Of a DNA stretch of 64,000 nucleotides, positions 46,768 through 56,471 are shown piece after piece. Source of the DNA: an uncultured Solirubrobacterales bacterium (GTDB taxonomy: Bacteria > Actinomycetota > Thermoleophilia > Solirubrobacterales > JBBDJG01); the NCBI GenBank assembly GCA_963774075.1, contig CAVZDP010000009.1:171103-235102 (forward strand). The letters run 5' to 3'. The notes below the pieces were generated by a model. That model made no database searches. It was not told where the DNA came from and saw nothing but the letters and a program-made list of their open reading frames with translations. The position numbers and the translations under genes were made by a program. Positions within the stretch are counted from its first letter, which is position 1; each line of letters starts with the position of its first letter.

Positions 46768-47814
46768 ATGAAGTCAACGAAGTCAACCGAGAAGATCATT
46801 CAATACCTGAACGAGGCGCACGCGACCGAGCAGGCGCTCACGCGAACCCTGCAGGCGCATATCGCGATGACGCCATCCGGGCGCTACCGCAGCGACCTGG
46901 AGCGTCATCTGCGCGAGACGGCATCCCACGCGGAGCGGGTCGAGCGCCGTCTGGGCGAACTCGCCGGGGAGCGAGGCCTGCTCCAGCTGGGCGTCGGCGC
47001 CATCCAGAGCCTGCTCGGCCAGGCGATTGCCCTGAGCAAGGGGCCATTGGACCTCATGCGCGGAGAGAGCGGCGAGGAGAAGCTGCTCAAGAACGCCAAG
47101 GACCAGTGCTCAACCGAGGCGCTCGAGATCGCCACCTACATTTCGCTAGAGCATCTTGCGCACCGCGTAGGCGACGACAAGACGGCGGCGCTCGCCGCCT
47201 CGATTCGCGAAGACGAGGAGCGCATGCTCGAGCGGCTCAGTGAGCACCTTCCTCAGCTGGTGGACGACGCAGTTCGCTCCGAGCTCGAGGGCGAGCAGCT
47301 CTACGAGATCTCAACGACCGGTGCTGCCCAGACGGCTCGGCGCACGCGGCGGCAGGTAGAGGACGCCGTCCAGAGGACGGCGAAGCGGGCCGGCTCGCGG
47401 GCGCGCGATAGCGCGCGCCAGGCGCGCCGGGTCCCGGGTGTCGCACAGGTCGAGGGCGAGGTCAAGGGCGCGGCAGCCTCGGAGGCGGATCTCGCGATCC
47501 GAAACTACGACCAACTCAACGCCGACGAGATCCTCCCGCAGTTGACCGAACTCTCGCAGATCGACCTGGCGAAGATCGACGCCTATGAGCGCAAGAACGC
47601 CAATCGCTCCACGGTGCGGCGCCGCATCGCCTCGCTACGTGGCGACGAGCCCTGGCCGGGCTACGACGAGCAAACGGTCGGCGACGTCCGCAAGGAGCTA
47701 ACCGCAGCCGACGAGGAGGAGCTGGCCGACGTTCGGCAATACGAGCGTCGGCACAAGGACCGCCAAGGCATCCTGGAAACCGCCGAGCGCAAGCTGAATC
47801 ACTCGGACGCATAG
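46768..47814 (+). CDS. DUF892/YciE-like ferritin-fold protein with an extended charged C-terminal domain
   Basis: ATG at 46768. IIQYLNEAHATEQALTRTLQAHIAMTP...HLRETASHAERVERRL. Confidence 0.75.
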   Translation: MKSTKSTEKIIQYLNEAHATEQALTRTLQAHIAMTPSGRYRSDLERHLRETASHAERVERRLGELAGERGLLQLGVGAIQSLLGQAIALSKGPLDLMRGESGEEKLLKNAKDQCSTEALEIATYISLEHLAHRVGDDKTAALAASIREDEERMLERLSEHLPQLVDDAVRSELEGEQLYEISTTGAAQTARRTRRQVEDAVQRTAKRAGSRARDSARQARRVPGVAQVEGEVKGAAASEADLAIRNYDQLNADEILPQLTELSQIDLAKIDAYERKNANRSTVRRRIASLRGDEPWPGYDEQTVGDVRKELTAADEEELADVRQYERRHKDRQGILETAERKLNHSDA

Positions 47815-47860
47815 ACGCCGCCCGCGTTTCACAACCTATCCAACAATAAGGAGGCAACAC

Positions 47861-48202
47861 ATGGCAGGAGCAGCTCAAACAGCATCACCACCTCGCACCG
47901 GTACCGGTCGCGGCATAGGCGGCGTAGCGCGTCGCCTCACGACCGAGACCAAGCACGCCCTCAAGACCACGGAGTTCTACGCCTACGTGGTCACGTTCGT
48001 CACTGATCCTTATCGCGGGCGCCGTGATCAAGCAGAAGGACAACGTGGACGCCTTCCAGCCGACAAGGTCTGGCTCTACATCACGATCCTCACCGTGGGA
48101 TACATGATCGCCCGCGGCCTGGCGAAGCGGGCAGTCGTGATCCGTACTGGGAGGGCTCAGAACCAGCACGCGGGGCAGGACAACGGCGACGACCGCCATT
48201 AG
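47861..48202 (+). CDS. Small membrane protein, probably carrying a compensated double frameshift (~48000 and ~48058)
   Basis: AAGGAGG RBS before the ATG. The as-assembled middle (TDPYRGRRDQAEGQRGRLPA) is polar. The +1 frame reads LILIAGAVIKQKDNVDAFQ and completes a TM helix with the preceding EFYAYVVTFV. Confidence 0.55.
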   Translation: MAGAAQTASPPRTGTGRGIGGVARRLTTETKHALKTTEFYAYVVTFVTDPYRGRRDQAEGQRGRLPADKVWLYITILTVGYMIARGLAKRAVVIRTGRAQNQHAGQDNGDDRH

Positions 48203-48396
48203 GACCTAGCGCACGCATCCATGTTCGTGTTCAAGCGGCCGGGCAGTCGCGCGCAGGTGCGCTTCATGCCCGGCTGCTTGATCTGGTCACTCATCCTCTC
48301 GGTCGGCCTGACCGTCCTGATCAACGTGGTCATTCGCCTCTTCTGAGAGTTCGGACAAGCGTACGCAGGATGAAACAACTACCAGCAGGAGGCAAC

Positions 48397-48903
48397 GTGG
48401 CAAATCCAGAAACATCCGAAGACACCGCCGGCGGATCGGTCGGCAAGCTCGCAGGCAAGGCCAAGGAGCTTGCGGGCTCAGTCCTTAACAATGATCAGCT
48501 CGCACGTGAAGGTCGGCTCCAGCAAGCGCAGGTGAAGGCCGAGGCCGAAGCCGCCCGGGAAAAGACAGAGGCGGCGCAGCGCGAGGCCGAGGCAGAATTA
48601 AGCGAGGCCCGAGCCGACAATGAGTTGGAGCGCACGCGGCTTCAAACCGAGCTGTCGGCCGTGGAGCACCAGGCCGGCATAGAGCGCGACCGCGAGCAGG
48701 CGCAGCAGCAGGTCGAATCGCGCACTCAACAAGAAAAGCTGGGTGCTGAAGCAGAGCGGCGCGCTCAGGTAGCGGCGGCGGCGCGGGCCGTGCAGCAGGC
48801 AGAGGCCGTGCACGAGTCCGAAAAACGCGCGGCGGCGCAGCTAGAAAAGGAAGCGCGCCGAGCGGAGATCACGGCTGACGACATCGATCCTGAGGAGAAA
48901 TAA
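48397..48903 (+). CDS. CsbD-like stress protein with a long coiled-coil tail
   Basis: GKLAGKAKELAGSVLNNDQLAREG is CsbD-like. AGGAGG RBS before the GTG at 48397 (the ORF is open from 48370). Confidence 0.7.
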   Translation: MANPETSEDTAGGSVGKLAGKAKELAGSVLNNDQLAREGRLQQAQVKAEAEAAREKTEAAQREAEAELSEARADNELERTRLQTELSAVEHQAGIERDREQAQQQVESRTQQEKLGAEAERRAQVAAAARAVQQAEAVHESEKRAAAQLEKEARRAEITADDIDPEEK

Positions 48904-48942
48904 TGATCCGCACTATCTGCGAGATCAGCAATTGGCGGTTAC

Positions 48943-49515
48943 TTGAAGCTCCTGCGCTTCCCGTTCGACTCGGGTATCAGGCTTCTGGGGGCCGGCCACC
49001 GGGCCTCCAGAGCAGAGCTCGCACTCGACCGTTTCGACGGGACGGTGCGAGAGGTCGCCGGCAGGGTGCTGCGCGACGAAGAGCTGCTGGACCATGGCGC
49101 GCGCCTGCGCGCGGCGACGAGCGAGCGAGAGCGCGCACAGTCTCTGCGCGAAGCGGCCGAGCGGCGCTCGCAGCAGGCCGACAGTCGGATCGCCGACAAA
49201 GAAAAACTGGCGAAGAGACAGCGGCAGGAAGCCGCTCGGCGCTCGCAGGCGCAAAAAGAGCGAGCCGACCGTCAGCGTCAAGCAGACAGCCGCCGACTGA
49301 CCGAGGCCGAAACCCGGCGAATAGTTGCCGCCAAGAAAGCCGCGGCCGAGACCAAGGCGGCTCTCAACCATCGTGCCAAAGAAGGCCGGCTCGAGCAGCT
49401 CGACGAGGAGGCAAGTGCCCTTGCCAAGCGGGAGCGTGCACTGGTCGCTGAGCAAGAGGCTGAGCGCCTACGTCGGGCCGCCAGCAAGACGAAGGCCGCT
49501 CGAAAACGCGGCTAG
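48943..49515 (+). CDS. Charged coiled-coil hypothetical protein (start uncertain)
   Basis: 190-aa ORF rich in E/R/A/K heptad-like sequence. An ATG at 48903 overlaps the previous stop but is in another frame, so a frameshifted N-terminus is possible. Confidence 0.5.
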   Translation: MKLLRFPFDSGIRLLGAGHRASRAELALDRFDGTVREVAGRVLRDEELLDHGARLRAATSERERAQSLREAAERRSQQADSRIADKEKLAKRQRQEAARRSQAQKERADRQRQADSRRLTEAETRRIVAAKKAAAETKAALNHRAKEGRLEQLDEEASALAKRERALVAEQEAERLRRAASKTKAARKRG

Positions 49516-49538
49516 TTGACGGAGCTAAGTTCGGTCCA

Positions 49539-50294
49539 ATGACAGCCAGCCCCCCATTAGCCTCCGTTCGTGAAGGTCCGGCTAGTGTGCGACTACGGCG
49601 CTTCGTGCGCGAAACGGTCGGCTGGGCGGTTGGCATACCGATGGCCACCTTTCGCTACCTCACGCGAGAGGTCGACCTCCACCGAGTCGACGAGAAGCTC
49701 GACGAACCGATCGCCGACTTGAATCCGGACCCGCACGTCGCGGCGGATGAGAGCACCCAGCCTCCGTCGGAAGGGGTGGGGCCGGAGTTTTACCGGCGGT
49801 ACTCGCTCAAGATACGAAGGCCTCGCATCTCGGCGGAGCAGTTAATAGATGTTTTGTCGGCTGATCCGAACGTCGCGGCGCCGGTCGAGCTGGCTCGCTT
49901 CGTCAAGCGCGATGGGGATGCTGATGAGATGTCGGTCGGAGACGAGTACGTGGTGCGGATGCCGGGACCTTGGAACGGGCCTGTGCGTGTCACTTCCCGC
50001 ACTCCTCGTTCGTTTGGGCTGGTCACGCTCAAAGGTCACATGGAGGCTGGGGAGATCGAATTCACGGCCGAGCCTCGAAGCGACGGCGCGATCGATTTTA
50101 GAATCGAGTCGTGGGCGCGGAGCAACGGCTGGCTTTTCCACCTTCTCTACCACCGCCTACGTCTGTCGAAAGAAGTGCAGATGCACATGTGGGCGGAGTT
50201 CTGCCAGCGGGCAGCGCTCGTCGCGGGCGGAAAGCCGGAGAACGGCATCGAAGTCCGTACGGCCCGTTACGAGGACGACGATGAGGGCGACTGA
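49539..50294 (+). CDS. DUF1990 family protein
   Basis: YVVRMPGPWNGPVRVTSRTPRSFGLVTLKGHMEAGEIEF. Confidence 0.75.
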   Translation: MTASPPLASVREGPASVRLRRFVRETVGWAVGIPMATFRYLTREVDLHRVDEKLDEPIADLNPDPHVAADESTQPPSEGVGPEFYRRYSLKIRRPRISAEQLIDVLSADPNVAAPVELARFVKRDGDADEMSVGDEYVVRMPGPWNGPVRVTSRTPRSFGLVTLKGHMEAGEIEFTAEPRSDGAIDFRIESWARSNGWLFHLLYHRLRLSKEVQMHMWAEFCQRAALVAGGKPENGIEVRTARYEDDDEGD

Positions 50295-50932
50295 TGCAAC
50301 GCCGCCTGTCCGAGCGCGATCGCATCGCACTGGAAGCGCTGCAGGGCAAGACCTTCAACTACGACCTCGGGCGCACTGCCGACTGCGGCCCGGCGAGCGG
50401 CTGGAACGTCGACGACTACTGCCAACCCCTTACCAACGAAGAGCCAGGAAGTCCAGTACCCGGCGGAGCGTTCGAAGCGGCGGTTGAGCTCGCGACCAAC
50501 TATGAGTTCGCCGACCCGCGAATGATTCGCGCCATCTATGACCCGAATGCCCCGCTCGAGAACCGTGACATGCTCCTCGAGGCGCGGTTCTATGGCCTAC
50601 GTTTCTTGTTCGGCTGTCGTGTGGGCGGCCTTGTCGACACGATTCGCAATGTGGAGGGGCGGCCGGTACGAGTGTGGGGATGGAATTACCGAACCCTTCA
50701 AGGGCACCTGGAGATGGGCCAGATGGACTACGAGGTATGGAAGTGGCTCGACAATGGCGATGTGGACTTCCGTATTCATGTCTTGTCGCGCGCCGCACGC
50801 ATCCCGAATCCGGTCGTCCGCCTCGGCTTCCGGGTGTTCGGACGCCGAGCGCAAACCAAGTTTGCCCGCCGCGCCTGCGAGCGTATGGCGAAGCTGACCG
50901 CTGAGCGCGTCAGCGGGCCGGTCGCGGGATAG
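50294..50932 (+). CDS. DUF1990 family protein (second paralog, start overlaps the previous stop)
   Basis: VWGWNYRTLQGHLEMGQMDYEVWKW. The TGATG junction at 50292-50296 suggests translational coupling. Confidence 0.75.
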   Translation: MQRRLSERDRIALEALQGKTFNYDLGRTADCGPASGWNVDDYCQPLTNEEPGSPVPGGAFEAAVELATNYEFADPRMIRAIYDPNAPLENRDMLLEARFYGLRFLFGCRVGGLVDTIRNVEGRPVRVWGWNYRTLQGHLEMGQMDYEVWKWLDNGDVDFRIHVLSRAARIPNPVVRLGFRVFGRRAQTKFARRACERMAKLTAERVSGPVAG

Positions 50933-51120
50933 CGGCGAAAGCAAGCTCCCCCGCACGAAGTCGCCCTGACACTTCTGGCGGATTAGGTGGCTCACGTAAG
51001 TGGCCAGTCCTAGCGCACCCCGGCTGTCGCTTGGCGCGGAGGCTGTCGCACGAAGTCCGCGCCAGGCATTAAAACGCCGCCCTGAGTTAGGCGGCGGTGA
51101 GAATCGAACGCTGGGTCTCT

Positions 51121-52284
51121 TTAGGCGGCGGTCAGCCTGTGTTGATGGAGTTTCAGGAGGTTGTGGGTCGCCGTCACGAGCCGCCACTCGGACAACACGG
51201 CTAATCGACCACGACGCTGGAACCTCCTCACTCCTCGATTCGCCTTGATCTGACCGAAGACCGACTCGACCGACCCTTGTCTTCGCAGGTAGAGCTGCTT
51301 GCCATGTTCGGTTGCCAAGACGCGGCGCACAAAGTCGTAAAGACCTCCTCGTCGCCCTGGTCTTGGCTCCCTGCGGCTGTCGGCGTCGGGAGCAACGAGT
51401 GTTTGGATTCCGCGCTTGACGATCGCCTCGATCGCGTCGTTTCGCCAGTAGCCGGCGTCGGCGAGCACGACACCAGGCTTGTCGGTGACGCCCGCAGCTT
51501 CGAGCGCCGCGCAGGCTTCTTCGACCATCGGTTCTAGGTTGGCCGTGTCGAGCGACTCGGTCGAGATGTCGGCGGCGATCACGATCTGGTTTTCGGTGAC
51601 GACCGCCTGGGCGTTGTAGCCCTGGACGAAGCCGCGGGTTGTCTTCAGGTTGCGCGAGTCGGGATCGGTGACGTTGATCTTTCCGCTTGGCTCGGTGGGT
51701 AACGGGCGGGGCTTCATGTTGTGGCCGGTCATGCGGCGCGAGCCGTCCTTTGCGATCCCGTGCTTTCGCCACTGTTCGTGCTCCTTGGCGACGCTGCGCT
51801 CTAGCTCCAAGTCCTCTTCGAGGCGTTTTTTGCACTCCCCAAGCCGCTTTTGGCGATCGCGGGGGACCGACTTCGCCTTCTGCTTTCGCTCCTCCTCGAG
51901 CTCTCGAGCACGCCGCCGAACAGTCGGCGATCGCTTGGTCGTGGCGGTCGAGGAAGCGCGCGATCGTGGCGTGGTCTGGCGTCTGGCCGGCGCAGATCAC
52001 GCGGAAGGCGACGTCTTCGGTGCAGCGGCGCTCGATCTGGCGCGACGAGCGCACGCCGATCGAGTACGCGTATATGAAGAGCGCGACCATCATCTGCGGG
52101 TCGTGCGCTGCGCCTCCCCAGCCGTCGGCGCGATAGGAGGCGTAGAAGTCCGAGAGATCGAGTTCGTCGACCGACTCGAGCACGAACCACGCCAGGTGGT
52201 CGTCGGGAAGCCAGTCCTTCAGGCTCGGCGGCAGCAGCAGCTCTTGGTCACGATCGCAGGCGATGAAGTTCTGGGTTGTAGTCA
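51121..52284 (-). mobile_element. IS1182-type transposase gene, defective (internal deletion plus frame changes near 51900-51950)
   Basis: N-terminus MTTTQNFIACDRDQELLLPPSLKDWLPDDHLAWFVLESVDELDL...TIARFLDRHDQAIAD (from ATG 52284). C-terminal DDE half is ORF 51121..51810 (ADAGYWRNDAIEAI...SVFGQIKANRGVRRF). The segment holding the first catalytic Asp (..AVDGSKI.. in the 32793 copy) is missing. Confidence 0.75.
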
Positions 52285-52370
52285 TGCCTGGATCGTGCAA
52301 AACGACCCGGACGCTCATTGAAAGCTCGAATGGCCCTTTCCCAGGCCTCCACGTTCTCCCGCGACACGTG

Positions 52371-52769
52371 TTACCCCCGCAGCCCCACGGCTTCGAGGGC
52401 TTCGGTCCGGGACGGATAGAACCCCCACCACAGCACCTTGCCGTCGCGGAATCTGAGCGCTTGAAAGAACCGCTCCTCCACTTCAACTCCGCTGTGACGA
52501 CCACGGGCACGAAACCGGTTGCAGACCACGGCCCGATCGCTCTCCTCGACCACATCCAACGCCTCGGTCCGTACCCACTCAAAGACCTCAGCCAAGCTCG
52601 CGATGTACTCACGCACCCCATCGTGACCGCGATACGTCACGTCATCGGCTTCCGCGATCCGCGAACGAAACTCCACATCAGGTTCGCAGAGGGCCACCAT
52701 GGCTTCGGCATCAAAGCGACTCATCGCCTCATACGCACGCTCAATGCCCTCCACGTTCTCCTGCGACAT
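52371..52769 (-). CDS. NTF2/SnoaL-like small protein (EALEAVGL tail family)
   Basis: MSQENVEGIERAYEAM...; C-terminus RTEALEAVGLRG. Paralog of 55878, 58083 and 58482. Confidence 0.75.
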   Translation of the reverse strand: MSQENVEGIERAYEAMSRFDAEAMVALCEPDVEFRSRIAEADDVTYRGHDGVREYIASLAEVFEWVRTEALDVVEESDRAVVCNRFRARGRHSGVEVEERFFQALRFRDGKVLWWGFYPSRTEALEAVGLRG

Positions 52770-53005
52770 CGCCGCCCGTTATCCGCCGCTGGCGAAAAAA
52801 GGGGCGAGCGGGGACAGCGCTTCCCCTTCCGCGTGCGTGGTTGCACAAGCCCTTGTGCCAGACGCTGAGCTCCGAAGCGGGCTTTCTCACGGTGCTCGGC
52901 TCGGAACGATTTCGCGGTGCGCCACGGTTTTGCGCCGGACCGCGCGGGGTGGTTTTGAGATCGCAATCTGCGATCTCTAACAAAGGCCCTTCGCGCAAGC
53001 TCTGG

Positions 53006-53149
53006 GTCTATTCGTTAAGCGCCAACGAATACGGGGGGGTCTATTCGTTCAGTTCGATTTGAGCGAATTCCAAACGAATAGCCCTTATTGCCTCGGGAGC
53101 TCGCGCTTTTCCCATCGGCAAGCGAAACTCGCAAGTTCCAAACGAATAG
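53006..53149. repeat. Cluster of five copies of a 9-14 nt motif (GTCTATTCGTT / AACGAATAG) in a locally AT-richer spacer
   Basis: Direct copies at 53006-53016 and 53039-53049. Inverted copies at 53024-53032 (imperfect), 53073-53081 and 53141-53149. The last two are extended to TTCCAAACGAATAG. Confidence 0.5.
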
Positions 53150-53734
53150 GGCAACCCCGGTGACCCACTTCCTCGACATCCTTCGCAAGACGGATAAAAG
53201 AAGGGCACGCGACGGACTACGCAAAGAAGAGAATCCAATCGATCAGACAGACACCGGCTGAATCAAGAGCAAGCTAGAGAGCGTGCAGAGGCAGAGGCTC
53301 CCGCGGACGGAAACTTGAGGTCAAAGGAGGGAGGGAAGCGCAATACCTCCACGGGCAGGTCACCAGATCCAACGGCCTGCTACTCAGGCGGGGAGTAGCT
53401 CAGCGCCCAGGAGCCGCGCGCCGGTACAACGCGCCTGCAGCACGCTTCGTCCAGCCTACGGGCCCGCCGCCTTCGTGCTCATCCCTGGCTGCCTCCAGGA
53501 ATGCCTGATTGTCGGCGACGTGCTCGCGCCGTCAACCCGCTCGCTTCGCTCGGGGTCGGCCTGCGGCCTTGACGGCGCTCCGCGCGCCGCCGAATGGCAG
53601 GCATCCCGGGGCAGCCACTAGTTCACGAGTCGTGCGTGGAATGCAAAAACTGGGGACCAAAATCGGCGCCGCGGGACCTATAAGGGATGAAAGGAAGAAA
53701 TCTGGGCTCGCTACGCACCGTTGGGGTTCCTGCA

Positions 53735-54022
53735 ATGTCGATCGAAGCCACGCAACCAGAGTTCAAGTCGCCGAAGGAGATCGCGAGCCTTTGCGGCCTA
53801 TCGCCAAGAGCGATCTACCGGGCGATCAGCCGCGGCGAGCTCCGCGCAACCAGGCTGTGTGGGCGGCTTCGGTGCAGGACAGTCGACGTCGAGGAGTGGA
53901 TCGAGCGGAACCTCGTCAAACCTGCGCCAATTCTGAAACGACTTCGCCACGACGACCATGCGACTGCCACCGACCGCGGTAGCCTCCGGCGCATGCTGCG
54001 TTCGGGAGCGGATGACCGATGA
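53735..54022 (+). CDS. Excisionase-family helix-turn-helix DNA-binding protein
   Basis: KEIASLCGLSPRAIYRAISRGELRATRL...VDVEEWIE. The stop overlaps the integrase ATG (ATGA at 54019-54022). Confidence 0.7.
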   Translation: MSIEATQPEFKSPKEIASLCGLSPRAIYRAISRGELRATRLCGRLRCRTVDVEEWIERNLVKPAPILKRLRHDDHATATDRGSLRRMLRSGADDR

Positions 54023-55264
54023 GCATTGAACGGATCAAGCGTAAGGGCAGCGTGGTTTGGCGCGTGCGCTGGCGCGACAACAGCGGACGGGAGCACTCGC
54101 GGGTCCTGGGCAGAAAGCGGGACGCCGAGTCGTTCGACGCCGAGATCAGGCGTCGAAAGCGAGCCGGTGATCTAGACGTCGTCGACGCCAGCAAGCAGAC
54201 GCTGGCGGAGTTCGTTGAGGAGTGGTGGAGGCTGTATGCGCAACCTAACCTTGCGCCGGCAACTCTCAAGCTGTACGCGATGCTCTGGGACAAACACGTT
54301 CTTCCGCAGCTGGGCGCCCTTCGGCTTCGGGACCTCACCCCCGAACGGATCGAGCAGTTTCGTGCCCGCCTGGTTGCCGCAGGTGCCGGTCCGGTTTCGA
54401 TCCGCAGGGCGCTCGTTCTGCTCCAAGGCGTCCTTCAGCGCGCGGTCGAGTGGCAACGGATCCCACACAACCCCGCTCGTCTCGTTAGGAAGCCGCCGGC
54501 GGGGCGGAGGAGGGCGGTGCGGGCAATTGCGCCGGAGACGATCGAACGCATGCGAGCGTGGCTCCTAGAGCGGGGCCAGCACTGGGATGCTGTGCTCCTG
54601 TCGCTGCTCGCCTACTCCGGCCTTCGCCCCGGCGAGGCGTTGGCACTCACGTGGGGACACCTCAGGGAGCGCACGCTCTTGGTCGAGCAGGCCGTCTCGC
54701 ATGGCGAAGGTCAAGGCGACAAAGACAGGCCAGACACGCACGGTGCGCCTGCTCAAGCCGCTCGCCTCGGATCTGAGCGAATGGCGACTTGCATCCCGAC
54801 GACCGGCCGCAAACGTCCTGCTGTTCCAGGCTTACAACGGAGGTTGCTGGAGCCGAGACGACTGGGCGAATTGGCGGACACGTGTTTTCGGTCCCGCTGC
54901 TGCGGCCGCCGGCCTCGAGAAGACGCGTCCGTACGACCTCCGCCACAGCTTCTGCTCGCTTCTGATCCACGAGGGCGCCACGGTCGTCGAGGTTGCGCGG
55001 CAGCTCGGTCACGCGCCGACGATGACGCTCAACACATACGGACACGTCTTCGACGAGCTCCAGGGCGCCGAGCGGTTGTCCGCAGAGGAGCAGATCCGCA
55101 GAGCACGCGCAAAGCATGTGTCCGTTTTGTGTCCGTCTGAGGCCGCTCGACTCCTACCTAACGAGCAAGAGTCAGCAAAACCCCCGCAAAGCGATAGTGG
55201 GCGGTGCCTGGCTCGAACAGGCGACCTCCTGCTTGTAAGGCAGGCGCTCTCCCAACTGAGCTAA
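54019..55264 (+). pseudogene. Tyrosine recombinase/phage-type integrase, one frameshift near 54703
   Basis: ORF 54019..55140 reads the SAM-like N-domain up to ...LVEQAVSHGE. The catalytic half (VKATKTGQTRTVRLL...RPYDLRHSF...LGHAPTMTLNTYGHV) is in the +1 frame (ORF 54587..55264). That ORF's tail runs into the tRNA-Val gene. Confidence 0.7.
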
Positions 55265-55270
55265 CCGCCC
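55198..55270 (-). tRNA. tRNA-Val (anticodon TAC)
   Basis: Hand-folded 73-nt cloverleaf: GGGCGGT-TA-GCTC-AGTTGGGA-GAGC-G-CCTGC-CTTACAA-GCAGG-AGGTC-GCCTG-TTCGAGC-CAGGC-ACCGCCC-A. All four stems are fully paired. CCA is not encoded. Confidence 0.9.
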
Positions 55271-55759
55271 GCGAGGGACGAGTTTAGCCGTGGTAGAGCG
55301 GAATCCTCTGATTCCAGGCCGGCACCGTTTCGGTTGACGTGGCCATTTGATTGGGCAATATTGCCCAATGAACCCCCTCGGATGAGCGATCCGATGCGCT
55401 CGGCGGGGTTCTCGCGCCGGTTCTGAACGTCGGTGTAGACGTTCATCGTGAAGCGGGCGTCTGTGTGCCCGATCATCTGGGCCGTCCATGCCGGGTCCGC
55501 GCCTGCCCTCGGCTGCGAGGGAGGCGAAGGTACGCCGCAGGGAGTGGAACGTCACCCGTGGCTGGCCGTCCTTGCCGTCCGGGATCGTCGCCTGTTCCCG
55601 CTTGCCGAGCGCCTTGTTCGCTCGCTCAATTGCCGGATACAGCACGCGCCTCGTCACGGCGTTACGGTCCCGCCGCTTGCCATCGCGGCCGGGAGTGCCC
55701 TGCGCCGGTACGAGCGCGAACACGGCGACGACCCCGATTGGAACACCCAGCTTCTTCAT
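55261..55759 (-). pseudogene. Second tyrosine recombinase fragment (C-terminal catalytic third only, frameshifted)
   Basis: ...RVTFHSLRRTFASLAAEG (ORF 55172..55759) continues in another frame as MIGHTDARFTMNVYTDV (ORF 55261..55476). There is no N-terminal domain. Confidence 0.6.
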
Positions 55760-55877
55760 GAATCCCCTTGGCTATGGGGACACGCGCGTAACCCTTCGCT
55801 TCCTCGGGAACTATGGCCGTAAACCAGAAAAATCCAGCACACGACGTCGGAGACGCCTGCGGGATACTTCGCGAGCG

Positions 55878-56300
55878 ATGTCGCACGAGAACGTGGAGCT
55901 GGCACGGCGGGGGTACGAGCTGTTCAACGCCAGGGACCTAACGGCGTTCTTCGATGTGTTCGACTCGGGCTTGGTCTATCGGAACCGCACCGACGAGCCC
56001 GACGCTCGGGTGTACCACGGGCTTGAGGACTTCAAGGGATACGTTGCCACCTGGCTGGACACATTCGACGATCTGCGGTTTGAGGTTCACGAGGTCGTCA
56101 ACCTCGGCGACCGGGTCGTGGTCGTGACCGATCTGCTCGGTCGCGGCCGTGAAACCGGCGCGGATGTTCGCGGGGCATATGTGTTCCTGTGGGCGATTCG
56201 CGAGGGACGGGCGGTCGACATACGGGAGTACGGCACGAAAGAGGAAGCCCTCGAAGCCGCGGGGGTGGCGGAGCAAGACGCTCGCAGCTCGTCAGGCTAG
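55878..56300 (+). CDS. NTF2/SnoaL-like small protein (EALEAAG tail family)
   Basis: ATG at 55878 (MSHENVELARRGYELFN). C-terminus KEEALEAAGVAEQDARS. Confidence 0.75.
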   Translation: MSHENVELARRGYELFNARDLTAFFDVFDSGLVYRNRTDEPDARVYHGLEDFKGYVATWLDTFDDLRFEVHEVVNLGDRVVVVTDLLGRGRETGADVRGAYVFLWAIREGRAVDIREYGTKEEALEAAGVAEQDARSSSG

Positions 56301-56471
56301 GGCCTCATTGGGGCCCCAAGCCCGGAGAAATTTCAAGGTGAAAGGGCGCCGCTGCGGTTCGCGCCTCACGACCTACCCATCGGCAAGCGCGGGAAAGTGA
56401 AGGCCGAGAACGGACCTGCCTCCCGCCTTCTGTGAGCATGAGGCGTGTTGCTTCCTGCTCAGAAACCTGAT

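Noticed and set aside
50597-52621. 674-aa minus-strand ORF
   Set aside because: Only the segment from ATG 52284 to ~51950 is genuine transposase N-terminus. The rest is out-of-frame read-through of the transposase and antisense of the DUF1990 gene.
53386-53470. tRNA-like start GGCGGGGAGTAGCTCAGCGCCCAGGAGC... on the + strand
   Set aside because: The D-arm-like GCTC/GAGC and a TAC-containing loop are present. However, the anticodon loop would be 9 nt, no T-arm (GTTCGA-type) can be formed, and the acceptor strands pair only if the D-arm register is broken. Judged a chance resemblance.
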